A program made the position numbers and the translations under genes. Source: Lachnospiraceae bacterium (GTDB taxonomy: Bacteria; Bacillota; Clostridia; Lachnospirales; Lachnospiraceae). From it: 64,000 bases of DNA. The notes under the pieces are model-generated. The model saw nothing but the letters and a program-made list of their open reading frames with translations, was not told the DNA's origin and did not search any database. The stretch lies in contig SVFS01000002.1 of the NCBI GenBank assembly GCA_015056725.1, positions 15,884-79,883 on the forward strand, in the 5' to 3' direction. Positions 10,126-20,258 of this stretch are shown piece after piece; position 1 is the first letter of the stretch, and each line of letters opens with the position of its first letter.

Positions 10126-11046
10126 TTATGCTAAGCCCAGTAATGTTGCGATAAGTGCCATACGGACATACATGCCGTATTGTACCTGTTTGAAATATAC
10201 GGCACGTGGATCATCATCTACTTCCACGGAAATCTCATTTACTCGTGGCAGTGGGTGAAGTACCAGCATATCTTCTTTGGCGAGCTGCATTTTCGCTTTG
10301 GTCAGGATGTAGAAGTCTTTTAAACGGACATAATCTTCTTCATTAAAGAAACGCTCGCGCTGTACTCTTGTCATATAAAGTAAATCAAGCTTTGGCATAC
10401 AGTTTTCCAAGCTGATAACTTCTTCGTATGCGATTCCTTTGTCTTTTAACATATCAGTAATATAGTCCGGAACTTTCAATTCTTCCGGAGAAATGAAGAT
10501 GAAAGTAATATTTTCGTATCGGATTAAAGCATTTATCAGAGAATGAACGGTTCTGCCAAATTTCAAGTCTCCGCATAAACCAATGGTAAAATTATCAAGC
10601 CGACCTTTGAGGCTGCGGATTGTTAATAAATCCGTTAAAGTCTGTGTCGGATGCTGATGACCACCATCACCGGCATTGATAACAGGTATGGAGGATTTGC
10701 TGGCAGCTACCATAGGAGCCCCTTCTTTCGGATGTCGCATTGCACAGATATCGGCAAAGCAGGATACGGTACGGATAGTATCGGATACGCTTTCGCCTTT
10801 TGCAGCAGAAGAGGAGCCTGCATCAGAAAATCCGAGTACGTTGCCACCTAAATTGTACATCGCAGATTCAAAACTGAGTCTTGTACGTGTACTTGGCTCG
10901 TAGAAACAGGTTGCCAATATTTTTCCGTCACACAAATGTGCGTATTTTGCCGGATTTTTTTCGATATCATTTGCCAGGTCAAAGAGCTTATCCAGTTCTT
11001 CGGTAGAAAAATCAAGAGGGCTCATAAGATGTCGTAAATTGTTCAT
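10126..11046 (-). CDS. pyrB: Aspartate carbamoyltransferase catalytic subunit
   Basis: [27 protein letters not shown]. Confidence 0.98.
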   Translation of the reverse strand: MNNLRHLMSPLDFSTEELDKLFDLANDIEKNPAKYAHLCDGKILATCFYEPSTRTRLSFESAMYNLGGNVLGFSDAGSSSAAKGESVSDTIRTVSCFADICAMRHPKEGAPMVAASKSSIPVINAGDGGHQHPTQTLTDLLTIRSLKGRLDNFTIGLCGDLKFGRTVHSLINALIRYENITFIFISPEELKVPDYITDMLKDKGIAYEEVISLENCMPKLDLLYMTRVQRERFFNEEDYVRLKDFYILTKAKMQLAKEDMLVLHPLPRVNEISVEVDDDPRAVYFKQVQYGMYVRMALIATLLGLA

Positions 11047-11103
11047 GAGTGTGTTCCTTCCATAAGTAATGTTTTTGGTATAAAGATACTCTGTTTATTC
11101 AAG

Positions 11104-11134
11104 AAAAAACGAAGGAATGAAATCCCTTCGTTTT
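11104..11134 (-). terminator. Terminator of the nitroreductase gene
   Basis: aaaacgaagg...ccttcgtttt hairpin with T tract on minus strand. Confidence 0.7.
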
Positions 11135-11162
11135 ATGGGCGGATTTCTGCGAAATCCGTCTA

Positions 11163-11702
11163 TTACATAAATGATAATAAATCAGATACCGGTTTTCTCT
11201 TAGGGCAAACAGGATCTTCAGCAGGATATCCCATAGGAATCAGGGCAACTAATTCTCTGTCTTCAGGAATACCTAAAATAGAGGATACTTTGTCCCCATC
11301 AAAAATGCCAAGAATAACAGAACCAATACCTTTTTCGTAAGCAGCGAGGCATAATGTCTGGCTTGCAATGCCGGCATCATACATCTGCCATGTATCTTTT
11401 CTAGGAGTAGTAAAGGAACCGTCTCTTTCATAACCACATCTGTTTTTGATGACGGTAATAGCCATAACAACAGGTGCGGAATTCATGATTTTACCATTAT
11501 TTGGCCACATGTCTGTGCATTCATTGGCAATACGTTCTTTTACTTCGCCTTCGATAGCAATATAGCGAACAATCTGAGTATGTTTCCAGCTTGGGCTGTA
11601 AGAAGCTGTTTCAACAATTTCTGAAAGTAAATCATGCCCGATAGCCTGATTGGTAAATTGTCTGATACTTCTGCGACCCATGATACATTCTTTTGCTGTC
11701 AT
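11163..11702 (-). CDS. Nitroreductase family protein
   Basis: RRSIR, SPS, DAGIA, GIGSV, PMGYP. Confidence 0.9.
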   Translation of the reverse strand: MTAKECIMGRRSIRQFTNQAIGHDLLSEIVETASYSPSWKHTQIVRYIAIEGEVKERIANECTDMWPNNGKIMNSAPVVMAITVIKNRCGYERDGSFTTPRKDTWQMYDAGIASQTLCLAAYEKGIGSVILGIFDGDKVSSILGIPEDRELVALIPMGYPAEDPVCPKRKPVSDLLSFM

Positions 11703-11898
11703 AAGAACCTCCTAAATAGTCTTCTGTTTAATAAATATTCAACACTAAAATTATATCAAATGAGGATAGGCATCGCAATGAAAAATCTATGAAAAAAGTA
11801 CCAAAAAAATATTTTGTTTCACAGTAAGAATATACTAGAAAAAATCTCCAATATCATGCATAATATGAAATATAATAAACATTAGGAGGAATTGCTAT

Positions 11899-12291
11899 AT
11901 GAGTACAGAATTTGTTGAGAGAAAACGGTTGTTATTTTTTGGACTTCCATGGACATTTACAAAATACACAGTAAAAGAAGATGTTATTACCATTAATACA
12001 GGATTTTTTAATACGCAGGAAAATGATTGCTATATGTATAAAGTACAGGATGTGCAGTTGAAAACATCTTTTTGGGAAAGAATTTTCAAGCTGGGAACGG
12101 TACTGTGTTATACGGGAGACAGTACAAATCCGATGCTGACGATAGATCATGTTAAGAATGCAAAAGCGGTAAAAGACTTCATTCTTGAAATGTCTGAAAA
12201 AGCACGAATCAAACGCCGTACAATGACCATGCTTGATATCAGTGCTGGCGGCGAAGTGGATGCAGCAGATTTAAATGATTTAATTGACTAA
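11899..12291 (+). CDS. Bacterial PH-domain protein
   Basis: Y-x-V...TGFF...VQDV...ERIFKLGTV pattern of bPH_2-like proteins; RBS GGAGG. Confidence 0.75.
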   Translation: MSTEFVERKRLLFFGLPWTFTKYTVKEDVITINTGFFNTQENDCYMYKVQDVQLKTSFWERIFKLGTVLCYTGDSTNPMLTIDHVKNAKAVKDFILEMSEKARIKRRTMTMLDISAGGEVDAADLNDLID

Positions 12292-12319
12292 TCATATAGA
12301 GTGATAAGTACTAAAATAG

Positions 12320-12348
12320 AAAACGGTATGACTTGTCATACCGTTTTT
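12320..12348 (+). terminator. Intrinsic terminator
   Basis: aaaacggtatgac/gtcataccgtttt. Confidence 0.8.
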
Positions 12349-12402
12349 ATTCATGATAACGAAAAGGCATAGAACATATTTGGCTATATGCGGGAGACAA
12401 CT

Positions 12403-13746
12403 ATGGCAGAGCAGTTAACATATAAACAGACAATGGAATATATCGAACAGGCAGGAAAGAAAGGAAGCATTCTTGGATTATCGCAGATAGAAATTTTGTG
12501 TAAAAAGCTTGGAAATCCGCAGGAAGCACTTAGCTTTGTCCATATTGCGGGGACAAACGGAAAAGGTTCAAGCCTTGCGTACATTTCTACGATACTCAAG
12601 CAGGCAGGATTTGTAGTGGGAAGATATATTTCGCCTACCATTTTTTCATATAGGGAACGTTTTCAGGTAAATGAAAAACCGATTCTGGCAAGAGAACTGG
12701 CAGAAATCATCAGTGTGGTAAAAGAGAAGGCAGATGAAATGGTTCGCGAAGGACTAGAGGCACCTACCGTTTTTGAAATAGAGACAGCAGCAGGTTTTTT
12801 GTATTTCAAGAAAAAGGGCTGTGATATCGTTGTACTGGAAACCGGTATGGGTGGCGATATGGATGCCACCAATATTGTGAAAACGACGAGACTATGCGTG
12901 TTTGCATCTATATCCATGGATCATATGAATATGCTTGGGAAAAATCTGACAGAGATAGCAGAGAAGAAAGCCGGCATTATGAAACCGGGATGTGTCTGTG
13001 TATCGATCTGGCAGGAACCGGAGGTCAGAACCGTGTTGGAGAAGAAAGCGGCAGAGATGAATGTGCCGATTGTGTTTGCGGAGAAAGAAAAACTGACCAA
13101 AGTAAAATACGGTCTGGAAAAACAGAAATTCACATATGGAGAACTGAAAAATCTGGAAATATTACTGGCAGGAACACATCAGATTGATAATGCAGTACTT
13201 GCGGTAGAAGCTATATTACAGTTGCAAAAATATGGGGATTTGGCAAAGCAGCTTACGTATGACCATATCAGGAAAGGATTAGGGAAGACAAAGTGGCGGG
13301 CAAGATTTGAAATGTTGTCAAAAAGACCGTATTTCATTATGGACGGAGCACATAATGAAGATGCAGCCGGAAGACTTGCACAAACAATACGGTTTCATTT
13401 TACAAATAAAAAAATTGTCTATATAATGGGAGTATTGAAAGACAAAGAATATGAAAAAATAATTGCGGAAACGTATGCATATGCAGAGCATATTATTACG
13501 ATTACACCGCCAAGTGAAAGAGCACTTACGGCACACGAGCTTGCAGTAGCGGTAAAAGAGTATCATCCGAATGTTACTGAGGCGGCAAGTATCGAGGAAG
13601 CAATAGAAGTAGCGTATCTCTTAACAGAAAAAGAGGATGTTATTATTGCGTTTGGCTCACTTTCTTATCTTGGTGGACTTGCGCATCATTTTATAAAAAG
13701 CGGAGAACGGCATGGTAGATCAGGAAAAAGTAAAACAAGGCATTAA
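12403..13746 (+). CDS. folC: Folylpolyglutamate synthase/dihydrofolate synthase
   Basis: [29 protein letters not shown]; start 12403 after GGAG (12388 also possible). Confidence 0.96.
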   Translation: MAEQLTYKQTMEYIEQAGKKGSILGLSQIEILCKKLGNPQEALSFVHIAGTNGKGSSLAYISTILKQAGFVVGRYISPTIFSYRERFQVNEKPILARELAEIISVVKEKADEMVREGLEAPTVFEIETAAGFLYFKKKGCDIVVLETGMGGDMDATNIVKTTRLCVFASISMDHMNMLGKNLTEIAEKKAGIMKPGCVCVSIWQEPEVRTVLEKKAAEMNVPIVFAEKEKLTKVKYGLEKQKFTYGELKNLEILLAGTHQIDNAVLAVEAILQLQKYGDLAKQLTYDHIRKGLGKTKWRARFEMLSKRPYFIMDGAHNEDAAGRLAQTIRFHFTNKKIVYIMGVLKDKEYEKIIAETYAYAEHIITITPPSERALTAHELAVAVKEYHPNVTEAASIEEAIEVAYLLTEKEDVIIAFGSLSYLGGLAHHFIKSGERHGRSGKSKTRH

Positions 13747-14266
13747 GCTTTTATTAGAAGGAATCGGAGAAGACATTACAAGAGAAGGACTTTTGGAAAC
13801 ACCGGAGAGAATTGCACGTATGTATGAAGAAATCTGCGGTGGAATGAATGAAAATCCGTCGGAATATCTGGGAAAAACCTTTCATACAGACAATTCGGAA
13901 ATGGTATTGGAAAAGGATATCGTGTTCTATTCTATGTGTGAACATCATATGTTGCCTTTTTTTGGAAAAGTACATGTGGCATATGTGCCGGATGGAAAAG
14001 TAGTCGGACTAAGTAAGCTGGCACGTACAGTAGAAGTGTTTGCAAGACGTTTACAGATACAGGAACAAATGACGGAGCAGATTGCGGATGCGGTTATGAC
14101 TTGTCTGCAACCTAAAGGCGTAATGGTACTGGTGGAAGCAGAGCATATGTGCATGACAATGCGTGGCATTAAAAAGCCGGGAAGCAGGACGATTACGTAT
14201 GCTGCAAAAGGTGTATTTAAAGAAGATAAGGATTTGCAGAATAAATTCATGCAGCTTGTACGTTAA
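13712..14266 (+). CDS. folE: GTP cyclohydrolase I
   Basis: [29 protein letters not shown]. Confidence 0.98.
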   Translation: MVDQEKVKQGIKLLLEGIGEDITREGLLETPERIARMYEEICGGMNENPSEYLGKTFHTDNSEMVLEKDIVFYSMCEHHMLPFFGKVHVAYVPDGKVVGLSKLARTVEVFARRLQIQEQMTEQIADAVMTCLQPKGVMVLVEAEHMCMTMRGIKKPGSRTITYAAKGVFKEDKDLQNKFMQLVR

Positions 14267-14282
14267 AACGGGAAGATATGGC

Positions 14283-14789
14283 ATGGATGGAAAGAAGAAC
14301 GATAAAATGAATCGGATAAATGCAATCTTAAAGAATAAAGAATATCAGAAATATTTGAAAATGAATATGATGGCAGAAGCAGACAGACGCTTCTGCCATC
14401 ATGATATGGAGCATTTTTTGGCTGTTGCCAGACTTGCGATGATATTACGCACGAAAGAACAGTTGGAAATAGAAGACGAACTGATTTATGCCGTGGCACT
14501 TTTGCATGACATAGGAAGATGGAAACAGTATCAGGACGGAACAGGTCATGAAATTGCTTCTTATGAGCTTGCACCGGAAATACTGGATGCGGCAGGCTTT
14601 TGTCAGGAAGAAAGGGAAGCTGTATTATCAGCTATATTACAGCACCGTAATCCTGATAAGGCGCAGGAGGCTTCGCTGGAGGGACTTATTTACAGAGCTG
14701 ATAAGATGAGCCGAAGCTGTTTCGCGTGTGAAATGGAAAAAGAATGTAATTGGAAAAATGAAAAAAAGAATTTACAATTACAGTATTAA
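14283..14789 (+). CDS. HD-domain phosphohydrolase within the folate operon
   Basis: FCHH...LLHDIGR...HE...HR...ADK; start is 14283 or 14307 rather than the ORF-track 14163. Confidence 0.85.
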   Translation: MDGKKNDKMNRINAILKNKEYQKYLKMNMMAEADRRFCHHDMEHFLAVARLAMILRTKEQLEIEDELIYAVALLHDIGRWKQYQDGTGHEIASYELAPEILDAAGFCQEEREAVLSAILQHRNPDKAQEASLEGLIYRADKMSRSCFACEMEKECNWKNEKKNLQLQY

Positions 14790-14818
14790 CGGGATCAGAT
14801 ATTACGGGCAGAAATAGT

Positions 14819-15643
14819 ATGAAGATAGGAAACAGAGAATTTGACATGGCAGGACACTGCTATGTGATGGGAATATTAAATCTTACACCGGATTCCTTTT
14901 CGGATGGAGGCAGATATACAGATATTGATACAGCCTTATATCGTGTAGAGGAAATGTTAAAGCAGGGAATGGATATTTTGGATATTGGCGGTGAATCCAC
15001 AAGGCCGGGATATACACAAATCTCTGAAGCAGAGGAAATAGACAGAGTTATCCCTGTTATTTCAAGGATTAAATCATCATTTGATGTGCCGGTATCTTTG
15101 GATACATATAAGTCTGAAGTAGCAAAAGCCGGACTTGAAGCAGGTGTGGATATCATAAACGATATCTGGGGATTGAAGTATGATGAAAAGCTTGCAAAGC
15201 TGATAGCAACGGCAAATGTGCCGTGTATTATCATGCATAACCGGAAAGAAGAAAAAAGTGGATTTGGTTATCATAATTTCATAACGGACGTTATTAATGA
15301 TTTGAAGGACTCTCTGCGGATAGCGGAAAATGCCGGTATTTCAGATGATAAAATTATATTAGATCCAGGAGTTGGATTTGCCAAAAGTTATGAACAAAAT
15401 TTGCAGATTTTAGCAAAACTTAAGCGTTTTCATGAGTTTGGAAAACCTCTTTTGCTTGGAGCAAGCCGAAAATCTGTAATTGGATTAACTCTTGATTTAA
15501 GCAAGGAAGAACGTGTGGAAGGAACACTGGCAACGACAGCGTTGGCAGTAGAAAGCGGTTGCAGCTTTGTCAGGGTACACGATATCAAAGAAAATGTCAG
15601 ACTGATTAAAATGCTGGAAGCTGTAAAGGCGTGGGATGTATAA
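14819..15643 (+). CDS. folP: Dihydropteroate synthase
   Basis: MGILNLTPDSFSDGG, GGESTRPG, DPGVGF, SRKS, RVHD. Confidence 0.98.
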   Translation: MKIGNREFDMAGHCYVMGILNLTPDSFSDGGRYTDIDTALYRVEEMLKQGMDILDIGGESTRPGYTQISEAEEIDRVIPVISRIKSSFDVPVSLDTYKSEVAKAGLEAGVDIINDIWGLKYDEKLAKLIATANVPCIIMHNRKEEKSGFGYHNFITDVINDLKDSLRIAENAGISDDKIILDPGVGFAKSYEQNLQILAKLKRFHEFGKPLLLGASRKSVIGLTLDLSKEERVEGTLATTALAVESGCSFVRVHDIKENVRLIKMLEAVKAWDV

Positions 15644-15654
15644 GAGGCTTTAAG

Positions 15655-16491
15655 ATGAAACAAAAAGATTGTATTATAATCGAGAACCTGAATGTGTTTG
15701 CACATCATGGAGTGTATCCGGAAGAAACACGTGACGGACAGAATTTTTATGTGAATGCGGTGCTGTATACAGATACGAAAAAAGCGGGATATAGTGATGA
15801 ACTGGAGGATTCCACAAACTATGGGGAAGTTTGTCAGGAAATCCACCGTTTTTTAACGGAGCATACGTATAAGCTGTTAGAAGCGGCAGCTGAAAAACTG
15901 GCGGAATATTTGTTACAGACGTTTCCGTTAATACAGGAACTTACGTTGGAGATTAGAAAACCGGAGGCGCCGATACCGCTTCCTTTTGAGTCTGTATCAG
16001 TAAAAATTCATCGTGGATGGAATAGGGCATTTATTGCGCTTGGGTCAAATATAGGGGATAGGCAGGCGTATATCGGAAATGCACTGAAGCATCTGGGAGA
16101 AGATGGGAATATCCGTAATATAAGGGTTTCAACTCTGATAGAAACAAAAGCATACGGCGGTGTTGAGCAGGAGGACTTTTTGAACGGAGTTTTGGAATGT
16201 GAGACATTGTATTCACCGGAAAGATTGCTTTTGCGTCTGCAAGAGGAAGAACAATTAGCGCAAAGGAAGAGGGAAATACATTGGGGGCCACGTACATTGG
16301 ATTTGGATGTACTGTTTTATGAAGATGAGGTATGGGATAAAGCTCATCTGACGATACCTCATCCTGATATGATAAATCGTGATTTTGTATTAAAACCGAT
16401 GTCGGAACTTGCACCAAATTTTGTACATCCGGTATACAGATGTACGATGAAGGAATTGTTACAGCAATATTTGAAAAGTACCAAAGTATAA
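15655..16491 (+). CDS. folK: Bifunctional dihydroneopterin aldolase / HPPK (FolB-FolK fusion)
   Basis: N-terminal HGV..EE..GQ.F and Y..V (FolB); C-terminal ALGSN, WGPRTLDLD, IPHP (FolK). Confidence 0.93.
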   Translation: MKQKDCIIIENLNVFAHHGVYPEETRDGQNFYVNAVLYTDTKKAGYSDELEDSTNYGEVCQEIHRFLTEHTYKLLEAAAEKLAEYLLQTFPLIQELTLEIRKPEAPIPLPFESVSVKIHRGWNRAFIALGSNIGDRQAYIGNALKHLGEDGNIRNIRVSTLIETKAYGGVEQEDFLNGVLECETLYSPERLLLRLQEEEQLAQRKREIHWGPRTLDLDVLFYEDEVWDKAHLTIPHPDMINRDFVLKPMSELAPNFVHPVYRCTMKELLQQYLKSTKV

Positions 16492-16506
16492 AACAAGGGA
16501 CAAGGT

Positions 16507-17730
16507 ATGAAAAAAACGCAAAAGAAAAGTAAAAAATGGATTAAGAAGCGCCATTATGTAATAACGGCAATACTCCGCAAGGTGATTGGACCATACACGG
16601 CATGGAGATATGGAATAAAGGTAGAACGCTTTAAAGAACAGGGGGACAGAGCATATCTGATATTGTTTAATCATCAGACTGCATTTGATCAGTTTTTTGT
16701 GGCGATGGCTTTTAAGAGGCCGGTATATTATATGGCAACGGAGGATATCTTTTCCAAAGGCTGGGTATCATCACTGATCCGCTGGCTTGTAGCACCGATT
16801 CCGATTAAGAAACAGACAACAGATTTGGCGGCTGTGATGAATTGTATCAGGGTTTCCAAGGAAGGCGGAACGATTGCCATAGCACCGGAGGGGAACCGCA
16901 CTTATAGCGGAAAAACGACGTATATTAGTCCGGCGATAGCGACTTTGGCAAAGAAGATGAAATTACCGATTGCATTATTCCGTATAGAAGGTGGATATGG
17001 AGTGCATCCAAGATGGAGTGATGTTGTCAGAAAAGGAAAGATGCGGGCTTATGTTTCACAGGTTATTGAGCCGGAAGAATATGCGGCATTGTCCAATGAA
17101 GAGGTATATGAGCTGATTGAAAAAGGCTTGTACGTGGATGAGGGAAATGCGGAGCACGTTTTCAAATCGGCAAAGAGAGCAGAGTATCTTGAAAGAGCAA
17201 TGTATGTATGTCCATATTGCGGACTATCAGAATTTGAAAGTAAAGGAAATGCTATTACATGCAGGAAATGTAACAGAAGGATTCTTTATGGAGAAGATAC
17301 TTCGCTGAAGGGAGACGGTTTTGAATTTCCGTATACTTTTGTTTCGCAGTGGTATGAATACCAGCAGGATTTTGTCAATGCACTTGACGTATTGGAATAT
17401 CGGGATACACCAATACATAAATCTAATGCGATGTTGTCGGAAGTCATTGTAAATAAACATAAAAAACGTTTATTTGATTCAGCAGAGATTACGTTATATG
17501 GGGATAGAATAACGATTGATGAGACTGAAAAAACAGTGCTTGTCCTTCCGTTTGAGGAAGTGTCGGCAATTTCCGTACTGGGGCGGAATAAGCTGAATAT
17601 TTATCATGAAAATAAGGTATACCAATTGAAAAGTGATAAACGGTTTAATGCGCTGAGATATGTAAATGTATATTATCGATATAAAAATATCAGCAGGGGA
17701 GATACAAATGGAAAATTTTTGGGACTATAG
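16507..17730 (+). CDS. PlsC-like acyltransferase with C-terminal Zn-ribbon extension
   Basis: NHQTAFD and PEGNR acyltransferase motifs; CPYC...CRKC. Confidence 0.85.
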   Translation: MKKTQKKSKKWIKKRHYVITAILRKVIGPYTAWRYGIKVERFKEQGDRAYLILFNHQTAFDQFFVAMAFKRPVYYMATEDIFSKGWVSSLIRWLVAPIPIKKQTTDLAAVMNCIRVSKEGGTIAIAPEGNRTYSGKTTYISPAIATLAKKMKLPIALFRIEGGYGVHPRWSDVVRKGKMRAYVSQVIEPEEYAALSNEEVYELIEKGLYVDEGNAEHVFKSAKRAEYLERAMYVCPYCGLSEFESKGNAITCRKCNRRILYGEDTSLKGDGFEFPYTFVSQWYEYQQDFVNALDVLEYRDTPIHKSNAMLSEVIVNKHKKRLFDSAEITLYGDRITIDETEKTVLVLPFEEVSAISVLGRNKLNIYHENKVYQLKSDKRFNALRYVNVYYRYKNISRGDTNGKFLGL

Positions 17731-19084
17731 CGTATGGGGAACTTTTAATGTAATAGCAATATTACTGGTCAGTCTCTTGGTGGCAAATATTGTGAAAAAG
17801 ACAATACCGTTGTTGCAGGCATCCCTGATTCCAACATCTGTGCTTGGCGGTGCGATTTTGATTGTAATAGCAGGCTTTTATAAGGCTTTCACGGGAAATG
17901 TAATGTTTGATACTATATTTTTTGGCGACAAAGGAACGGCGACGCTGGAAATGCTCACATATCATACATTAGCACTTGGTTTTATTGCTTCAACATTTAA
18001 AGATTCGCAGGGAAAACTGACAAAGAAGAGAACAATAGAAATTTTTAATACCGGTGTTACGACAGTAGCTACCTATCTGTTGCAGGCAATTTTGGGAATG
18101 TTAGTTTCTATGGCTGTTGCGATATGGATAAAAGACTTTTTTGTTGCAGCAGGAATTTTGTTACCGTTTGGTTATGGTCAGGGAACAGGACAGGCATTAA
18201 ATTACGGTGGGATTTTTGAAAAGGAATTTGGATTTGTAGGTGGTAAAAGCTTTGGCCTTACCATTGCCGCACTTGGGTTTATTAGTGCCAGTATTGGCGG
18301 AGTGATTTATCTGAATTTATTAAAGAAACGTGGCAAAATTGTAAATCGTGGTATGGAAGAAGGAAAACTGCGCTCAGAAGAAATTCAGTCGGATAATGAA
18401 ATTCCGATGCAGGAGAGCATTGATAAACTGACTGTTCAGATTGCGTTAATTGTAGGAGCATATCTTATCACGTATATAATAATGGCGATGCTTGGAAATG
18501 TGATACCGGGAATGAAATCTGTGATATATGGATTTAATTTCCTGCTTGGTGTACTTTCGGCAACACTTGTGAAAGCTTTGATGAAGTGGCTCAAAAAGAA
18601 AAATATGATTAAGAAAGAGTATACGAATAATTTCTTAATGACACGTGCCAGCAATTTCTTTTTTGATTTGATGGTGGTGGCAGGAATTGCTGCTATCAGG
18701 CTTGGCGTGTTGGAGAATTATTGGGGCATTATTCTGATAATGGGTGCTGTGGGACTTGTTTTCACATACTGTTATAATCATTTTGTTGCAAAAATCCTTT
18801 TCCCGGAATATCAGGAAGAGCAGTTTTTGATGATGTACGGTATGCTCACAGGTACAGCCAGTACAGGCGTTATTTTGCTTAGGGAAATCGATGGCGATTT
18901 TAAAACGCCGGCAAGTGATAATATGGTATATCAAAACTTCCCGGCGATGATTTTTGGTTTTCCGATTATGCTGATTGCTACTGTTGCACCGGTAAAGCCT
19001 ATATTGACTTTGGGCGTACTTGTAGTCTTTTTCATTGTCATGAATATTATTTTGTTTAGAAGCAAAATTTTTATAAAAAAATAG
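17708..19084 (+). CDS. GltS-like sodium/glutamate symporter family protein
   Basis: IPTSVLGG, GYGQGTGQA, YGMLTGTASTG; about 12 TM; start 17708 after AGGGGAG. Confidence 0.75.
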   Translation: MENFWDYSVWGTFNVIAILLVSLLVANIVKKTIPLLQASLIPTSVLGGAILIVIAGFYKAFTGNVMFDTIFFGDKGTATLEMLTYHTLALGFIASTFKDSQGKLTKKRTIEIFNTGVTTVATYLLQAILGMLVSMAVAIWIKDFFVAAGILLPFGYGQGTGQALNYGGIFEKEFGFVGGKSFGLTIAALGFISASIGGVIYLNLLKKRGKIVNRGMEEGKLRSEEIQSDNEIPMQESIDKLTVQIALIVGAYLITYIIMAMLGNVIPGMKSVIYGFNFLLGVLSATLVKALMKWLKKKNMIKKEYTNNFLMTRASNFFFDLMVVAGIAAIRLGVLENYWGIILIMGAVGLVFTYCYNHFVAKILFPEYQEEQFLMMYGMLTGTASTGVILLREIDGDFKTPASDNMVYQNFPAMIFGFPIMLIATVAPVKPILTLGVLVVFFIVMNIILFRSKIFIKK

Positions 19085-19098
19085 AGGATGATAGTTCG

Positions 19099-20133
19099 TT
19101 AATCAGTTGCTTCAAGAGCAGCGTTTAACGCTTCGGGGAAGGAATCAACGCGGATACTTCCCGTAGTTGGAGTACGGTATACCATGTCTTCATCATAGGC
19201 ATAAAAATACGTGTAGGTACTTGTGGTGTTGATGCGATTATAGACACCTTCTGCAACCAGTTCGGCACCGGAACCATCTGCGTTTATTCGCATAAGTGCA
19301 GGTGCTTTGGAATCGTTTTTCTGATAAAAAATTACGTTTCCGTGTAGATTATAAAAATCTACGCGGTCATGTGTCAGTACTTCAATAATGTCTAGATTAC
19401 GGTCGTAGCGGCAAAGCCTGTAATCATTGGATACATCCATGTAATAGACATAACTGCCGACAATGGTTGGGTGTGCAAGATTTCCCTGCCAAATCAGCTC
19501 GGGGGAATCAGTCTGCGTGTTCCAAGCGTATAAGTAATGGTCTTTTGTAATGCCACCGTAATACAGATTACTGTTATAGACACAAGCGGTTTCGATTAAA
19601 TCGTCTGTGACAAAGGTATCTTCTCCGGAAGATGCAACGTGCATTTTGTGAAGTGTGCTGAAATTATGATTATCGTAATGCTGATAATATAATTGTTCTC
19701 CGGCAAGAACCATGCCGGTAGTGATGGCATCTGACAGACAAGTGACTTTATTGCCTTTCAAATCACAACGGTAGATACCGTTCAAGGAGCGAAGATATCC
19801 AAGACCGCTTCCGCCGGTAGAACTTTGCATATAAAAGAAAAGATTTTTGCCACCGGCATTGATATAGGATGCAGATGTGTTTGAGAGTTTCTTCATGTCG
19901 GAACAGTCGGGATTCATAACATAAAGTGCACCGTGGTCATATACATTGGAGAAATAGACTTTTCCGTTGTATTCACAAAATAATCCTTTTCCGCGCAGAT
20001 TTCCGGCAGAATTGCCGATAGTGTCTGACGGAATAGGCGAGATACGGTTACTTATATAAGATACGGTCATGCCTGTGCCAAGGAGCAGGACGAGGATGAC
20101 AATTACAAGTATTGTTTTTGCTTTCTGATTCAT
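19099..20133 (-). CDS. Membrane-anchored beta-propeller protein (DUF5050-like)
   Basis: N-terminal TM, GNSAGN, repeated Y-rich LY.M..DG[S] propeller-like units. Confidence 0.7.
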   Translation of the reverse strand: MNQKAKTILVIVILVLLLGTGMTVSYISNRISPIPSDTIGNSAGNLRGKGLFCEYNGKVYFSNVYDHGALYVMNPDCSDMKKLSNTSASYINAGGKNLFFYMQSSTGGSGLGYLRSLNGIYRCDLKGNKVTCLSDAITTGMVLAGEQLYYQHYDNHNFSTLHKMHVASSGEDTFVTDDLIETACVYNSNLYYGGITKDHYLYAWNTQTDSPELIWQGNLAHPTIVGSYVYYMDVSNDYRLCRYDRNLDIIEVLTHDRVDFYNLHGNVIFYQKNDSKAPALMRINADGSGAELVAEGVYNRINTTSTYTYFYAYDEDMVYRTPTTGSIRVDSFPEALNAALEATD

Positions 20134-20258
20134 AATGTGTTCCTTTTTGTTTGAACGTCTGATACTACGAAATATCAATCCTATTATAAATGGTTACGGA
20201 AATCCGTTCAAGAGTAATCATAAGCACTTGTATGAAGAATTAGTGGGAGACTGTTAAG

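Noticed and set aside
11047-11162. PyrR attenuator upstream of pyrB
   Set aside because: No AGUCC-AGAGGC PyrR-binding loop; the hairpin present is explained as the nitroreductase terminator.
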